A DNA stretch of 64,000 nucleotides, taken from positions 342,488,001 through 342,552,000 of the forward strand of contig OZ024743.1 in the NCBI GenBank assembly GCA_964016885.1. Direction: 5' to 3'. How positions within the stretch are numbered: position 1 is the first letter of the stretch; every line of letters starts with the position of its first letter. Shown here in pieces: positions 26,929 to 40,003 of the stretch. The notes beneath the pieces are model-generated. The model made no database searches and was not told the origin of the DNA. It saw nothing but the letters and a program-made list of their open reading frames with translations. The DNA is from Eledone cirrhosa (Eukaryota). The position numbers and the translations under genes were made by a program.

Positions 26929-27476
26929 ATTAATGATCATATATGGCAAGTGATATGACGTAGTATGGTGATATGCATTTATTTTTTAAACTAAGAGATA
27001 TGGAATATTTTATCAATGTTATGAAAGGAATGCAAAAATAAAAGGCATATTTTTGTTCCATTATATTCAAGGTAATTCTACACCATTATCTTCACGCTTT
27101 GAATTAATACATTACAATGATATGATACAGAACTGCTTTAAATATACTAACATATTTCTTAGAATGTCGATGATGTTTAGTGACATTTTTTATCTGCTTA
27201 TGAAGTAAATTTATCGTCATCATATGAATCATACGCGATCTATAGATTATCAACTATTGATATGAACCATTTGTGATTTTTGTAATAAGTAGAATTAGTC
27301 TCTACTGACGCTTTTATGGCTTAGCCAGATGAGGCTTCCGTGACCTCAAACAATAGTTTTAGATTGTAAAGAGAAAATCTAGACACATGGTTTGCTTCAG
27401 CTTTAGGCAATACATTAGCATTATTATATCATATTATCTAGCTTCATATATATGTGTGTGTGAATGGTGTGTGTGT

Positions 27477-27578
<102 letters not shown>

Positions 27579-27614
27579 GTTAGCGTGAATGTATGTGTGT
27601 GTACATGTATGTAC

Positions 27615-27648
<34 letters not shown>

Positions 27649-27815
27649 CTAATGGTAGCTAAGATGCTTCCATATGCGATATGCCTGTTGAGCACTCTAT
27701 GCTCCTACGGAGAATAGTATGATAGATTATCTAGTTTCATATATATGTGTGTGTGTGAATGGTGTGTGTGTGTGTGTGTGTTAGCGTGAATGTATGTGTG
27801 TGTACATGTATGTAC

Positions 27816-27863
<48 letters not shown>

Positions 27864-27867
27864 ATAT

Positions 27868-28235
27868 ATATGTCTAATGGTAGCTAAGATGCTTCCATAT
27901 GCTATATGCCGGTTGAGCACTCTATGCTCCTACGGAGAAGAGTATGATAGATTAGAAAACGAAAAATCAGTGATGCATCTGAACTCAATTTATAGCGTAT
28001 TACAATTGTTTCCTCGGTGAACAGCTCGAGGTGCGATCTGTGTGTGGATCGACCTGACTCTGGATTCACAGGTTCCTCAGACACGTCTATTGATTTCGGA
28101 GCAGATCGGAGGAACCTGTGAATCCAGAGTCAGGTCGATCTACACACAGATCGCACCTCGAGCTCTTCGCTGGAGAAACAATTGTAATACGCAATAAATT
28201 GAGTTCCAATGCATCACTGATTTTTTGTTTTCCAT
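27868..28235. mobile_element. Hammerhead-bearing pLTR-like fragment arranged as an inverted repeat (27955-28078 / 28109-28235)
   Basis: Arms are reverse complements; upstream part duplicated at ~27645-27730. Confidence 0.8.
27996..28085 (-). ncRNA. Type-I hammerhead ribozyme with branched stem II region
   Basis: Minus strand CGTGT-CTGAGGA-...-GAAA-C(AATT)G-TA-ATACG; internal hairpins ACCTG/CAGGT and CGATC/GATCG. Confidence 0.7.
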
Positions 28236-28789
28236 TCTATATACACACATATATATATATATATAAAATTAGAATTTTATTTCTCGCCTTAGTACAGCTG
28301 ATACATGAATGTATGTGTATGTGTGTGTATATATATATGTGTGTGTGTACGTGTGCATACTTACATTTATGTATCAGCTGTGCTAGGTCAAGAAATAAAA
28401 TCCTAATTTTATTTTTAATATTCGGCAAGGCCAGCCGTAAATCGCTCGGTATGCAAATGAGGCTACTCACCGATGTCTACTTAAAAAAATACTATATACT
28501 TTCAACCGTTCAACAGACTGGCAGAGTTATGCAGTCATGATGAGGGGTAATGACCCAGAAACATGGTGATAGTTGCTCAAAACCAGTGTTGAACAAACAG
28601 GTGATGTTCGGTCACCGGCACGGCACAACTTTAAATCGGGCCGTTTGTTTACAAACGGATCGAACATTATTATCAATGTTTGATATAACCCATGCGTACA
28701 TATGTATATGTATATATATATATATATATATCTATAGATAGATAGATATATAGATGTATGTGTGTGAGTGTGTGTGTCAACTTGCTCTT

Positions 28790-29240
28790 ACGTGCTACTG
28801 GTAACATTTAACCCAGTACAACCTGTCCCAAGGTTGGGTCGACGGTCACTAAACCGGCAACCCCACCAAGCTTGTTTGGTGAGGAGGGTGATATTTGGAC
28901 AGCCTGCTTGATGAAATACAAGAACCGGCGAATGGCGGAGGAACTCAGCAGAGTCAACGGCCATCCAAATAGCACTTTTCTTTTCACCTGGGAGTGAAAG
29001 GTCCACAGTTGTTGTCACAATACCTTTCTAGGAGAGGGAAACTCTGGAAGAAAACCTGCAGCTTCGGAAGCATCCGATGATGTTGACCAGTTTTCCTTTT
29101 CGGGTAGTGTTTTCGATGCTCAGAGAGTGGGATTGGTCGAGTGCAAGGCCTTTCCCCACTTAAAAAACCTTCAAAGCACAGGCATTGCTTGTTCAGGTTC
29201 TGTTACAGGTTAGTGTGAATGGCCCACTTAGCAAAGTTTG
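28790..29240 (+). mobile_element. Probable RTE-type LINE 5' UTR fragment
   Basis: GC-richer block with CTAGGAGAGGGAAACTCTG..AAACC and CCCCACTTAAAAAACC motifs recalled from RTE 5' regions; no ORF. Confidence 0.45.
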
Positions 29241-29255
29241 CAGCCATCATATGTA

Positions 29256-29340
<85 letters not shown>

Positions 29341-29359
29341 ACGTGTACATATTTACATA

Positions 29360-30260
29360 ATAGTGGCCACCCTGGTTTCTTTATTTGTGGTTGTTGTGAG
29401 TGTTGATGTGACTGACTTTGGCTTTGTATTTGATGAAGCCAAGTCAGGTGTGTCTCAATTTTTTCCATTGATTTTGAAAAAGACTGTTGTTCTGCAGCTA
29501 CAGTTTGTACTGCATCCGCATACAGTCTTCTCTTTATCGGGGCAATATGTGCAATGTCAGCATATTTCCTGGACTGTGACTCCGTGTGCTGTGTTGTTTT
29601 CCCATGTTGATTTTGGCTTGGGTAGTTGGCATGAGAAGGGTGGGCACAACTTGCATAGAGTCTGGGGTGTGCAAAACTGCAGCATGTCGCAGCTTCCCCA
29701 TGCCTGTAGGACAATTTTTGTTGAATTTACAGAGTACTTGAGCTTCCTTTTTCCCGGGGTCTCTGGTTTTCTCAGTTCTAGTCTTCTTCCTCTTAGAATG
29801 TATACACTGGCCATCTCCTGTCTGTTTATTTGCGTTTTTCTTCGTATTTGGGTCTGTCTGGTGGTTCTTTAGTTTACCCTTGCTGCATACCAGTGTTTCA
29901 TTTTCGTTTTCATCGTCTTCACTGATGTTGTCTGCGGCGCAAGTCATCTCCCTCTCAGTGGCTTTCAGATCCTTCCGGGTTTTCGTCGGTCCTTTGTGGC
30001 TCGTATTTTTTTCTTTTTCGTCTTCTTTCGTCTCCTCTGTGAAAATATGGCTCCGTTGATCGATGTGTGACCTAATAAGCGAGTAAGTACAAAAACATTC
30101 TTTTGTCGCTGGATCTGCGCCAAAGTTCCCAGAAAGCCACAGCTCTGCAGGCTCTCCTTGATTAGTTTGTTTGAATATTGTAGTTCCTTTAGTTTCCAGT
30201 TTCGGTGAGTTTGGATCTCATCTACCTGAGTATTTGTATCAGTATTTCCTTCCATATTTC
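29360..30260 (-). pseudogene. Decayed LINE ORF1-like region with Cys/His (CCCH-like) remnants
   Basis: Across frames: LCKFNKNC...RHGEAATCCSFAHPRLYASC..H; basic low-complexity upstream region; frameshifted. Confidence 0.4.
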
Positions 30261-30729
30261 AATTATAATAATCAATTAATTAAAAATAAAATGGAATACA
30301 AATACTAAATAAATAAATAAAATAAGTTTAAAATATAGCACTCTAAAAATGTAATACATAATCTTAAGGAGAGATAGCAATACAGAGTGCCAATTACAAT
30401 ATTGCAGTAATCAATCAATTAAAAATACAACGAAAAACAATTACTATTTCAGAGATTAAAACAAATCAAAACAGAACACAATATCTCAGCGAAAGATATC
30501 AGAAACAAGCAAAGTCTTTGGTGTACGAGAAATAAGATAAATAAAACTGATTGTTGTACGTTCTGCCTGTAGCAAAAAATAATTTTTTTATGATTTAATT
30601 CCTTCAGACACTAAATACAGACCATTTTTTCAGATATATAATATATCAAATATTTTTCACAATATATTTTACCATTTTCGATGGCTACTATACTAGTATA
30701 TATATATAGACTTAACACACACACAAACC

Positions 30730-30754
<25 letters not shown>

Positions 30755-30762
<8 letters not shown>

Positions 30763-31473
30763 AGCGAGATCGTATTTCGGCTGTGGTCAAAAACAAAGCG
30801 AAACGCAATTTTCGAGATGTGCGGCAAGCGCTCAATGGACTAAAAGAAGACCAGAGCAATTAACATACGTTATAGAGGCCATACAAACTGAAAACGGCGG
30901 TCATGAAGCTATTATCCACCGGAGCCAAAAACACGAAACAAGCTAAACAGATTAAACAAAAGAATTTACCTGGACCTCCTGCTATTGATGGTATAATCCA
31001 GTGGGAGGTTTCTGTGACACTAAATCATACTGCCTGCTCTCATTGTAAGCTTTTGGTATAATGCTCGAACAAGGCTACCATTTCGTCAATAGGCATTTTG
31101 TTCTCAACCGGCGAGCGGGTTCCTAGCAGTCGTAGTGTTAGAGTGATTACCCCACGTGTTTACCCTGCGAGGGAGGTAACTCCGGTTTTGGCGGATGGAT
31201 TCAGAATGTGTAAAATTATTGCAAGAATTGCAAAAAACTGCACAAATCGAATTCAGCTCTCGACCGGGTTGTTTTTAAATAAACTTAAGCAACTAATTAG
31301 TCAATAGAATTTTCTAATAGAATTAACTAATTAATTGCTAAGCCCGGAAGAGAAATACAGATATAATTTCAGCGAGATTGTATTTCGGCTGTGGTCAAAA
31401 ACAAAGCGAAACCCAATTTTCGAGATATGCGGCAAGCGCTCAATGGACTAAAAGAAGACCAGAGAAATTAACA
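30755..31473. repeat. ORF-less element with ~110-bp terminal direct repeat (period ~608 bp) in (TA)n
   Basis: AGCGAGATCGTATTTCGGCTGTGGTC...AGACCAGAG.AATTAACATA at ~30762-30868 and ~31370-31476. Confidence 0.8.
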
Positions 31474-31749
31474 TATATATATATAGGTTTGTGTGTGTGT
31501 GTTAAGTCAATATGTATATACTAGTATAGTAGCCATCGAAAATTATAAAATCTATTGTAAAAAATATTTGATATATTATAAGCTGTAAAGATCTTCGATC
31601 TTCTTCGATCTTCTTCGACCTTCTCCTTCTTGTCACTTTTACATTCATTGAAATCAATTACAATGGCTTTAATCATTATCAAACATAATACATATGAACT
31701 AAATTACGACATCTTTGTTCTATCTAGCTATCTGCCTATCTATTTACCG

Positions 31750-32001
<252 letters not shown>

Positions 32002-32009
32002 ACGAGAAA

Positions 32010-32207
32010 TAGGTAACGTCTTCTCCATTCTGTCCGCCGGGGCTGTGGGGCGGCCAGCATGTCGGAACCCATTTGATCACTATATAGAGAGATGGGGGGG
32101 GGGGCAAAAAGAGATGGAAGCGGTGACGGTGGGAATTCGGCTCTTCCGTGTTCGGACACATTGCACCTGTCAAGAGTGTATTTTCATATTTACACATCTT
32201 CCTGTTT
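32010..32207 (+). mobile_element. CRE-clade LINE extreme 3' end
   Basis: [13 protein letters not shown] matches [13 protein letters not shown] at the end of ORF 42255-42707; lies between (GA)n and (GATA)n. Confidence 0.7.
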
Positions 32208-34189
32208 GATAGATAGATAGATAGATAGATAGATAGCAGGAGTTGACCACTGACCTGCTAGTCAACACTGCATGAGATGTGCTAGACAGAGAGTAGGATA
32301 TCAAAATACCATTGTTTATTTTTAAAATAAAATTTAGTAAGAAAAAATGTTTAAAAAGGGGAAATAAAAGGAAAGAAAGAATAGGGAAATATAGAATAAA
32401 AAAGAGAGAAAGAAAGAAGAAAAAGAACGGGAAGGAGAGGGGATGACACAAGCTCTCGTGACGCAGAAGAAAGAGGAGGGTGAAGGGGGAGGGGGATTGA
32501 GTTTGGGCCTAGGGCAAGAGGGAAGAAGTGCTGCGCCCCGCAGTCAAAGTTAGTACACAGAGGTTATCGTGTAACTCCTCTTCTTTCTTTAGAATTCATC
32601 ATTTATTCACTATACAACATCTCAAAATATCTTGAAAGGCCATTGACATTATATATAATTAATTGAGCAGTATCTGATAAAAACAAAACTAAACGGGAAC
32701 AGAAAAGAGAGAATTGAAAAGAAAATATTTGTAAATATACATATGCGTATGAGTGTGCGTGTGAGTAAATATATTTGTAAATATACATATGCGTATGTGT
32801 GTGCGTGTGAGTGTGTGTTATTGTATGTGCGTATGTGTGTGTATGTATGTACGTGTGTGTGTGTGTGTGTGTCTGCCTGATCTCATGATTCGTCAGTTAT
32901 CCTCTAAGCGTCTATATACGATCTGAACATAAAATATTAAGTATAATTTCAGACAGATAAAAATGCACGTCTATATAAATGTCTTTTTTTTTTTCTTCTT
33001 TTCTGAATGAAAGCGATATCGAAAATCTCAATAAATATTATGAAGTGAATCAAGGAAAGTCATTCTTAGTAATACATATATGTAGTTTCAACTTTGAATT
33101 TTTTTTATTTTTTTTTGTACTCATGTTGAAATGATAAGGCTGTTCATCATTCATATTAATTTTACGATTTTAAAAAAGGTCAAGTAATGACATGTAGTGT
33201 ATGTTGTTTCTTGAAAGACCATATACATATACGAGTTTTTATTACCCTTTAAACTTTACGAAAATATATTCGTTCTGTTGGATTCGTGTTTTAATTTTAT
33301 TACCAGTCATTACTACACATTGATATTTTTTCTCGATGGTATCGTAGTTATGTAGGTAATGTAAAATCAGTTAATATTAAATATTTTTCAATATTTCTTA
33401 TTGACAGAAAAAGGATTCTAGACGATGGATGAAAGTGTTGACTGTTCTTATTCTTACATTAATCCAATATATTGTATTATGCTATAGAATTTTCTTCATA
33501 GGCGTCATGCTTATGTGCTGAACTTACGAGTGTATGATATTGATTCAGTAAAGTACTTTGCAGTATGCTTTCACTGCCTAACGGAGAAATATCTTTAGAA
33601 GGAAATAAATGAAAACTTCTTACTTAAAAAATTGCTGAGTAGAGTGTTAAGAAGACATTATGGGTGATTTCATTTATATTTTAAATAGTCTCGTTGAGTT
33701 TTATCTGTGGTAGGCAGATATCTTTAACTAACAAAGAATCGCACCAAGAACGTTTGAACAATTTTAGGTTGGTGTACATCATAATATTTTGAGTCGTTCG
33801 ATAACCATTTTTATGCATCGATATTAAAAGACACTTCTCTTTAAATTCATTCGTAGATAGACTTGAATGTCTTTTCCATCAACTATATAGAATAGAAAGA
33901 AGAATATATATATATATTGCTGACATCTGAAGGTTGTTGTCCAGTTATCTGGCTAGAAAGACGAGGGGAACGGTTATCACGGCTCCTTGGCTTAATAGTT
34001 AAAGCATTTAGCCGGTATCTGGGAGATATGGGATTCACTTTCTCATAGCAGCTTATGACAATTTCTTTTTCCATCTTTTAAAGGTCTTCACCCTATTTTA
34101 TAAGCTATTTTTATAGCATGTCTGCGCTTGAGTACATCATCCTTTATACTTATATGTATATATATATATGCATATATATATACATATAT

Positions 34190-34276
34190 ATACTTAGGGT
34201 AGTAGAGTGGATAATCCAGAAATAGTAGTCGAAACGGCTTGAGTTCTGCCGTCGGGGTTAAACTTGTTCCTATATT

Positions 34277-34323
<47 letters not shown>

Positions 34324-34347
34324 CTATAAATATATATACAAAAACAG

Positions 34348-34420
<73 letters not shown>

Positions 34421-34453
34421 TATATATATTTATCTATATCTCTCTGCCTCTCC

Positions 34454-34498
<45 letters not shown>

Positions 34499-34534
34499 CA
34501 GAGGGGAGAGGCATAGAGATAAATAGATATATAT

Positions 34535-34581
<47 letters not shown>

Positions 34582-34715
34582 GGAAAAAGTTTCACCCCGA
34601 CGACAGAACTCAAGCCGTTTCAACGGCTATTACTGGATTATCCACTCTACTACCCTAAGTATTGAGTACTCTGGTGCGTTATGGTCCATCTGGTTCCTTA
34701 CCCCACTTCCTTCGT
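34190..34715. mobile_element. Two solo pLTR fold-back fragments (34190-34272, 34580-34715) of the 35.5-38.3 kb PLE family
   Basis: Contain GTCGAAACGGCTTGAGTTCTGCCGTCGGGG fused to an inverted TACTTAGGGTAGTAGAGTGG segment. Confidence 0.75.
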
Positions 34716-34725
34716 TATATATATA

Positions 34726-34825
<100 letters not shown>

Positions 34826-34840
34826 TATATATATATATAT

Positions 34841-35514
34841 AAAGAATTAGTATATCTACCAACATATGTATACAGATGCATACCTATGTTAGCAAATATA
34901 TATGTTCTGTCTTAGTAACTTTGTGGTTCTATGCAAGGGGATGCAGAACAATTATATGAAAGACGTAAATAAGAAAGTTATGAAAATTGACTTACTTACT
35001 AAAATTTCACTCCAACTAATTAGTTTCTGTAAGGGGATAAATATGGTTACGGAGCGTATCGATAGAGAAGCCTTACGTCATCATATGTTGGTAGATATAC
35101 TAATTCTTTATAATTATCTCCAAATTATTTGTTGAGCAAAACTTGCCGAAATTACTACTATGATTAATAGTAGTGGCTAGGCCCTGTCTTAATAGCACCC
35201 CCTCTCCTCACTGGTTAACCTCAGTGTCACGTGATTGATTCTTTTGAATTTGCCACTTGACCAAGTAGGCAGTGAATTTTTCAATGTCTTGGAATCTAGT
35301 CCCCGCTCGCTTTTTTCCATCCACTGAATTATTTTTATATAAGTTCCCAGTGTCCTCGCATTGCCTGGAAACTTAGCTGAGAATAGACTCCCTGATGACG
35401 TAAGGCTTCTCTATCGATACGCTCCGTAACCATATTTATCCCCTTACAGAAACTAATTAGTTGGAGTGAAATTTTAGTAAGTAAGTCAATTTTCATAACT
35501 TTCTTATTTACGTC

Positions 35515-35521
<7 letters not shown>
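34841..35521. mobile_element. 522-bp hammerhead family, permuted and inverted copy
   Basis: Minus part 34841-35083 spans the unit junction; plus part 35084-35521 has a full hammerhead at 35387-35467. Confidence 0.88.
35387..35467 (+). ncRNA. Type-I hammerhead ribozyme (522-bp family)
   Basis: ACTCC-CTGATGA-cGTAAGG...CCTTACa-GAAA-CTAATTAG-TT-GGAGT. Confidence 0.88.
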
Positions 35522-35556
<35 letters not shown>

Positions 35557-35558
<2 letters not shown>

Positions 35559-38271
35559 CGAAGGAAATGTGGTAAGGAACCAGATGGACCATAACGCACC
35601 AAAGTACTCAATACTTAGGGTAGTAGAGTGGGTAATAAGAACGAGTAGGACCCCGACGGCTGAGCTCAAGCCGTTTCGACGGCTAATTCTGGACTAAATG
35701 AACATTTTTATCCTGGTACTTGAATAGCCGAGCTTCTCAGGGGTAAATCCATATATGGTAAAAGTGATAGGTCACAAGGATTGTTCAACAGTTTGTTGTT
35801 GAGACACACAATTCTATCCTGGCATTTTGTGGAAGGAAGGGGTAGCTGAACTTGCCAGTAGAAGAAAGAGGGAGAGGGAATGGAGGAAACCCCGTCATGC
35901 CTTGATAGTGCCAACTACAGCAGAATCCTAAGGATAAGAAGTCAGGGGAAGTATACTAGCGATGGGGAGGGGGAGGAAGTCGAAACAATAAGTAAATCAA
36001 TATGGAGTAAATATATAGAAGAATAATATGAATGTTAAAATTATAAAAAAAAAAAAAAACAATTTCTGGTTACTATTCCCCTACCACAATCATCAAGTCT
36101 CTCACTGGTACTGCTAAACTATAGAAAAGTTTAATAGGTGGGACGGAATACTAAATACGAGATTGTAGTGAGAGAATTTTATGAGTTAGTAGTAATCCTC
36201 CAAATCTAACTTACAGTGACAGGTCAACGAGTAGGGGGCCAAAATTACTACGAAACTACTACGAAATAATAATTCAGAGTCCCGAAACTAATACGAAATA
36301 ATAATTCAGAATCGCGAAAATGAATACTAATACTATATATAAGAGTACCGCTACGATACATAAATTCTAATACTAACTACATAGATGCTCGTACGATATA
36401 TAAGAAAAATTGAATACGAAAAATTAATTCAGAAACAACCCCCCACCCCCCACCCCACCCCCCACCCATTGTTATCTTTGAGGCTACCACAACATAATCA
36501 ACAAAAATACCATCAAACTCTCCTACTGCACCACACCTAACTTTGCACAAAACATCGTCTCCTCTAACAACAAAAAACTCAACCCCTATGGAAGAAATAA
36601 CCTAAATAGCAGTGGAGAGCCGACCAGGAGGTGCAACTGTCCTGATGGATCCATTTGCCCCCTCGACAACAGATGCAGAGAGCGTAATGTGATCTACCAG
36701 TGCAACATGAGGACGGACACCTCCAATAAAGCTCATATAGGATTAACCGCTTGACTTCAAGACCCAGCTATACCAACACAGACATACTTTCCGAAACCCG
36801 GCCCGGCGTCACGCCACCACACTTTCGGGCCACATCTGGGACCTCAAAGATAACAATATAACCTATGATCTCACTTGGAGCTTACTGTCCAGAGCCAACT
36901 CTTACATGGGAGGACGCCGTCCGTGTAATGTATGCTCAGAGGAAACATTACAAATGCTGTTTTCGACGGACCAACTCCTAAACAAGAAAGACGAAATGGT
37001 AACTGCATGCAAACACACATTGCGTAGAACTTACCTCGCACTCAAACCCCATAATGACCCGGGACGGGGTAGACAAGGGCTGTAACACCCCACTTGCCGA
37101 CTTTGTAATGGGTAACCCCTGCTTTTAAAGGTAGACGTAAGATTTTCTTATATATTTTTATCGTTTCCTCTATATTTCCTTCTTCCCCCATCCCTTCCTA
37201 GTCCTTCCATCCCAGTTCTCCTTCTTTGTCGTCGTCCTTTTCACTTTCTCGCCCACCCCGAGGCAGCCCTTCGGTCTTTTGTAGCCTCAGTACCCCCACC
37301 TCCATCCCCTATTCTATGATAGAATTGGCCGACTCCGCCTTTTATAGCAGATGTGATAGACCCCAGATACTTGCTTTCTTATCCGATTGCTGCCCCATTT
37401 CCGTGTTTTATAGATTTCTTAGTGGTATCTCTGCTTTAGTTTCTCGTATAACAGTATTTTTTTTTTTTGGGGGGGGGGGGGGTTCTGAATTAATTTTTCG
37501 TATTAAATTTGTCTTATATATCGTACGAGCATCTATGTAGTTATTATTAGAATTTATGTATCGTAGCGGTACTCTTATATATCGTATTAGTATTCATTTT
37601 CGCGATTCTGAATTATTATTTCGTATTAGTTTCGGGACTCTGAATTATTATTTCGTAATAGTTTCTTTAGTATTTTGGCCCCCTACTTGTAGACCTGTCA
37701 CTGTAAATTAGATTTGGAGGATTACTACTAACTCATAAAATTCTCTCACTACAATCTCGTATTTAGTATTCCGTCCCACCTATTAAACTTTTCTATAGTT
37801 TAGCAGTACCAGTGAGAGACTTGATGATTGTGGTAGGGGAATAGTAACCAGAAATTGTTTTTGTTTTTTTTTATATTTTTAACATTCTTATTATTCTTCT
37901 ATATATTTACTCCATATTGATTTACTTATTGTTTCGACTTCCTCCCCCTTCCTCTCCCTAGTATACTTCCCCTGACTTCTTATCCTTAGGATTCTGCTGT
38001 AGTTGGCACTATCAACGCACGAGGGGGTTTCCTCCACTCCCTCTTTCTTCTACTGGCAAGTTCAGCTACCCCTTCCTTCCACAAAACGCCTGGATAGAAT
38101 TGTGTGTCTCAACAACAAACTTTTGACCAATCCTTGTGACAATCACTTTTACCATATATGGAATTACCCCCTGAGAAGCTCGGCTATTCACGTACCAGGA
38201 TAAAAATTTTCATTTCGTCCAGAATTAGCCGTCGAAACGGCTTGAGCTCAGCCGTCGGGGTCCTACTTGTT

Positions 38272-38275
<4 letters not shown>
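35557..38275 (+). mobile_element. Penelope-like element: GIY-YIG remnant (36470-37085) with 3' region (37470-38275) duplicated in inverted orientation upstream (35640-36450)
   Basis: Translation: NTIKLSYCTT, RCNC...CPLDNRC..NVIYQC...HIGLT, TTLSGHIWDLKD, CNVCSEE, LLNKKDEMVTACKH; ~800-bp arms are reverse complements. Confidence 0.92.
38166..38261 (+). ncRNA. Hammerhead-like motif with atypical core (mirror copy 35650-35744 minus)
   Basis: ACCCC-CTGAGAAG-ctCGGCTA...TAGCCGtc-GAAA-CGGCT(tgagctc)AGCCG-TC-GGGGT. Confidence 0.7.
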
Positions 38276-38332
<57 letters not shown>

Positions 38333-38334
<2 letters not shown>

Positions 38335-38455
38335 CGTTTCTGAATTTGTTTAGCAAGATTCTTTATCTGAAAACGTGTGTTGAAACCGATATTGTTATAC
38401 TTTGGGAGGGTCATGTTTCTTATTGGCAACATGACCCTCCCAAAGTATAACAATA
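38333..38455. mobile_element. Solo pLTR end of the 23-kb PLE family with fold-back
   Basis: Matches 22999-23095; ATATTGTTATACTTTGGGAGGGTCATGTT paired with AACATGACCCTCCCAAAGTATAACAATAT. Confidence 0.85.
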
Positions 38456-39185
38456 TATATATAACTAAACACTCGATGCGTAGTTTCCAGTCTGTGAAGA
38501 GGTGTACAATTAAGCAGAGTGTAATTATAATGATAAAAGGATGATTTGTTTTTCTTCATTACGTTTATTGAGTAGTGTCACGCGTTTTGCTATTGATCCG
38601 CTCAAGGTTCTATCTGTATCGATCTATCCCGACTCTGGAATCAAAAGCTCGTCGGACCACTGCTGTGCTAATGATAGAATGCACCTGTAGGACGTAGAAA
38701 GGTCTAGAATGATTCACATTCATTTATGGTAGTCAGTAAACGTTCGTTTTGATTGGTGGTTTGTCTATAAGGAATGTTTTGGTATGTGTGATAGGTTGGA
38801 GGAAGGATCGTAGTGAAGAAGTGGTGTGAGTTACGGGGGTGTGATGTTCTCGATGTTTCATAGACATTGTGGCGTGTATGTGGTAAGGCGAAGGTGCTGG
38901 TGTTGGTGTGGAGGTGGTTATGGGCTATACGTGATGGGAGATGAAAGTGTGCGGTGCTTTACTGGGGGGGGTTCTGTCGGTTAGAGGTTTGTCGAAGAGA
39001 AATAAAATAAAATAAAAATAAAAATGAAGAAAAAGGTAAGGAAAGTAGGTTAACCTTGGTTAGGGGTAGGACTTTGGTGTGAACTATCTATATTCTTAAA
39101 AGGATATAGATAGTTCACACCAAAGTGTCTGAGTATATATATATATATATATATGTATAAGTAAATATATATATATATACATATG

Positions 39186-39221
<36 letters not shown>

Positions 39222-39246
39222 AGTGTGTGGGTGTGGGTGTGGGTGT

Positions 39247-39378
39247 GTGTGCACATGTATATCTATATTCAATTCAAACAATAACCACAACCCTTAATGC
39301 TTTATCGTATAGATATACGATAAAGCATTAAGGGTTGTGGTTATTGTTTGAAATGAATATAGATATACATGCGCACAC
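39247..39378. repeat. Near-perfect palindrome, centre ~39313
   Basis: CAAACAATAACCACAACCCTTAATGCTTTATCGTATA paired with TATACGATAAAGCATTAAGGGTTGTGGTTATTGTTTG. Confidence 0.92.
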
Positions 39379-39403
39379 ATACATACACACACATATATAT
39401 ATA

Positions 39404-39472
<69 letters not shown>

Positions 39473-39759
39473 TAAATCATGTCCTTAGAATTATTAGATA
39501 TAATATATACAATTTCCTCTCCCAATTAGCTTAATCAACCATATGAAAAAATAAATTAGACCAGGCTATAAGAATAAAGGCTCCTATGAAGAAATATTTG
39601 ATAAATAACCGAATGCAGCCCTTCTTCTTCGCGGTTGACCACAATAGAGTATTTACCCAACATTTCAACAGCATGTAGAAACTGACCAAATATATCGTCA
39701 ACCATACACAATTAGGTATAAATTTAAAGTTAGAAGAAATGTGTACATACCGTAATTAT

Positions 39760-39836
39760 ATCCCTACCATGGTTTCGTTCGTAATTTGAGATATCCTATT
39801 AAGGATAAATCTCGAGTATCGAACTCCTAAGGAGAC
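39760..39836 (-). ncRNA. Degenerate minimal hammerhead (G5 mutated)
   Basis: Minus strand GTCTC-CTTAGGA-GTTCG...CGAAC-GAAA-C(CATG)G-TA-GGGAT. Confidence 0.6.
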
Positions 39837-40003
39837 AAACTCAATAGGACAGTTAATTTTCCAAAGCGATCCCGCCAGAAATAGATTCAAAAAATGGCTA
39901 AGAATCGTGACGTGGCAGTGGTCAAGTTAGAAAGAATGTGATTAGTTGCTTACGGCGAGTAGGCTGGTTGCTAGAAAGCGCATCCCAATATATATATATA
40001 TAC

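Noticed and set aside
32900-33880. Host gene exons in unique AT-rich stretches (also 21.1-21.9, 24.9-25.6, 26.7-27.4, 61.3-62.8 kb)
   Set aside because: No ORF with recognisable homology or well-supported splice boundaries; a short exon cannot be excluded without RNA-seq
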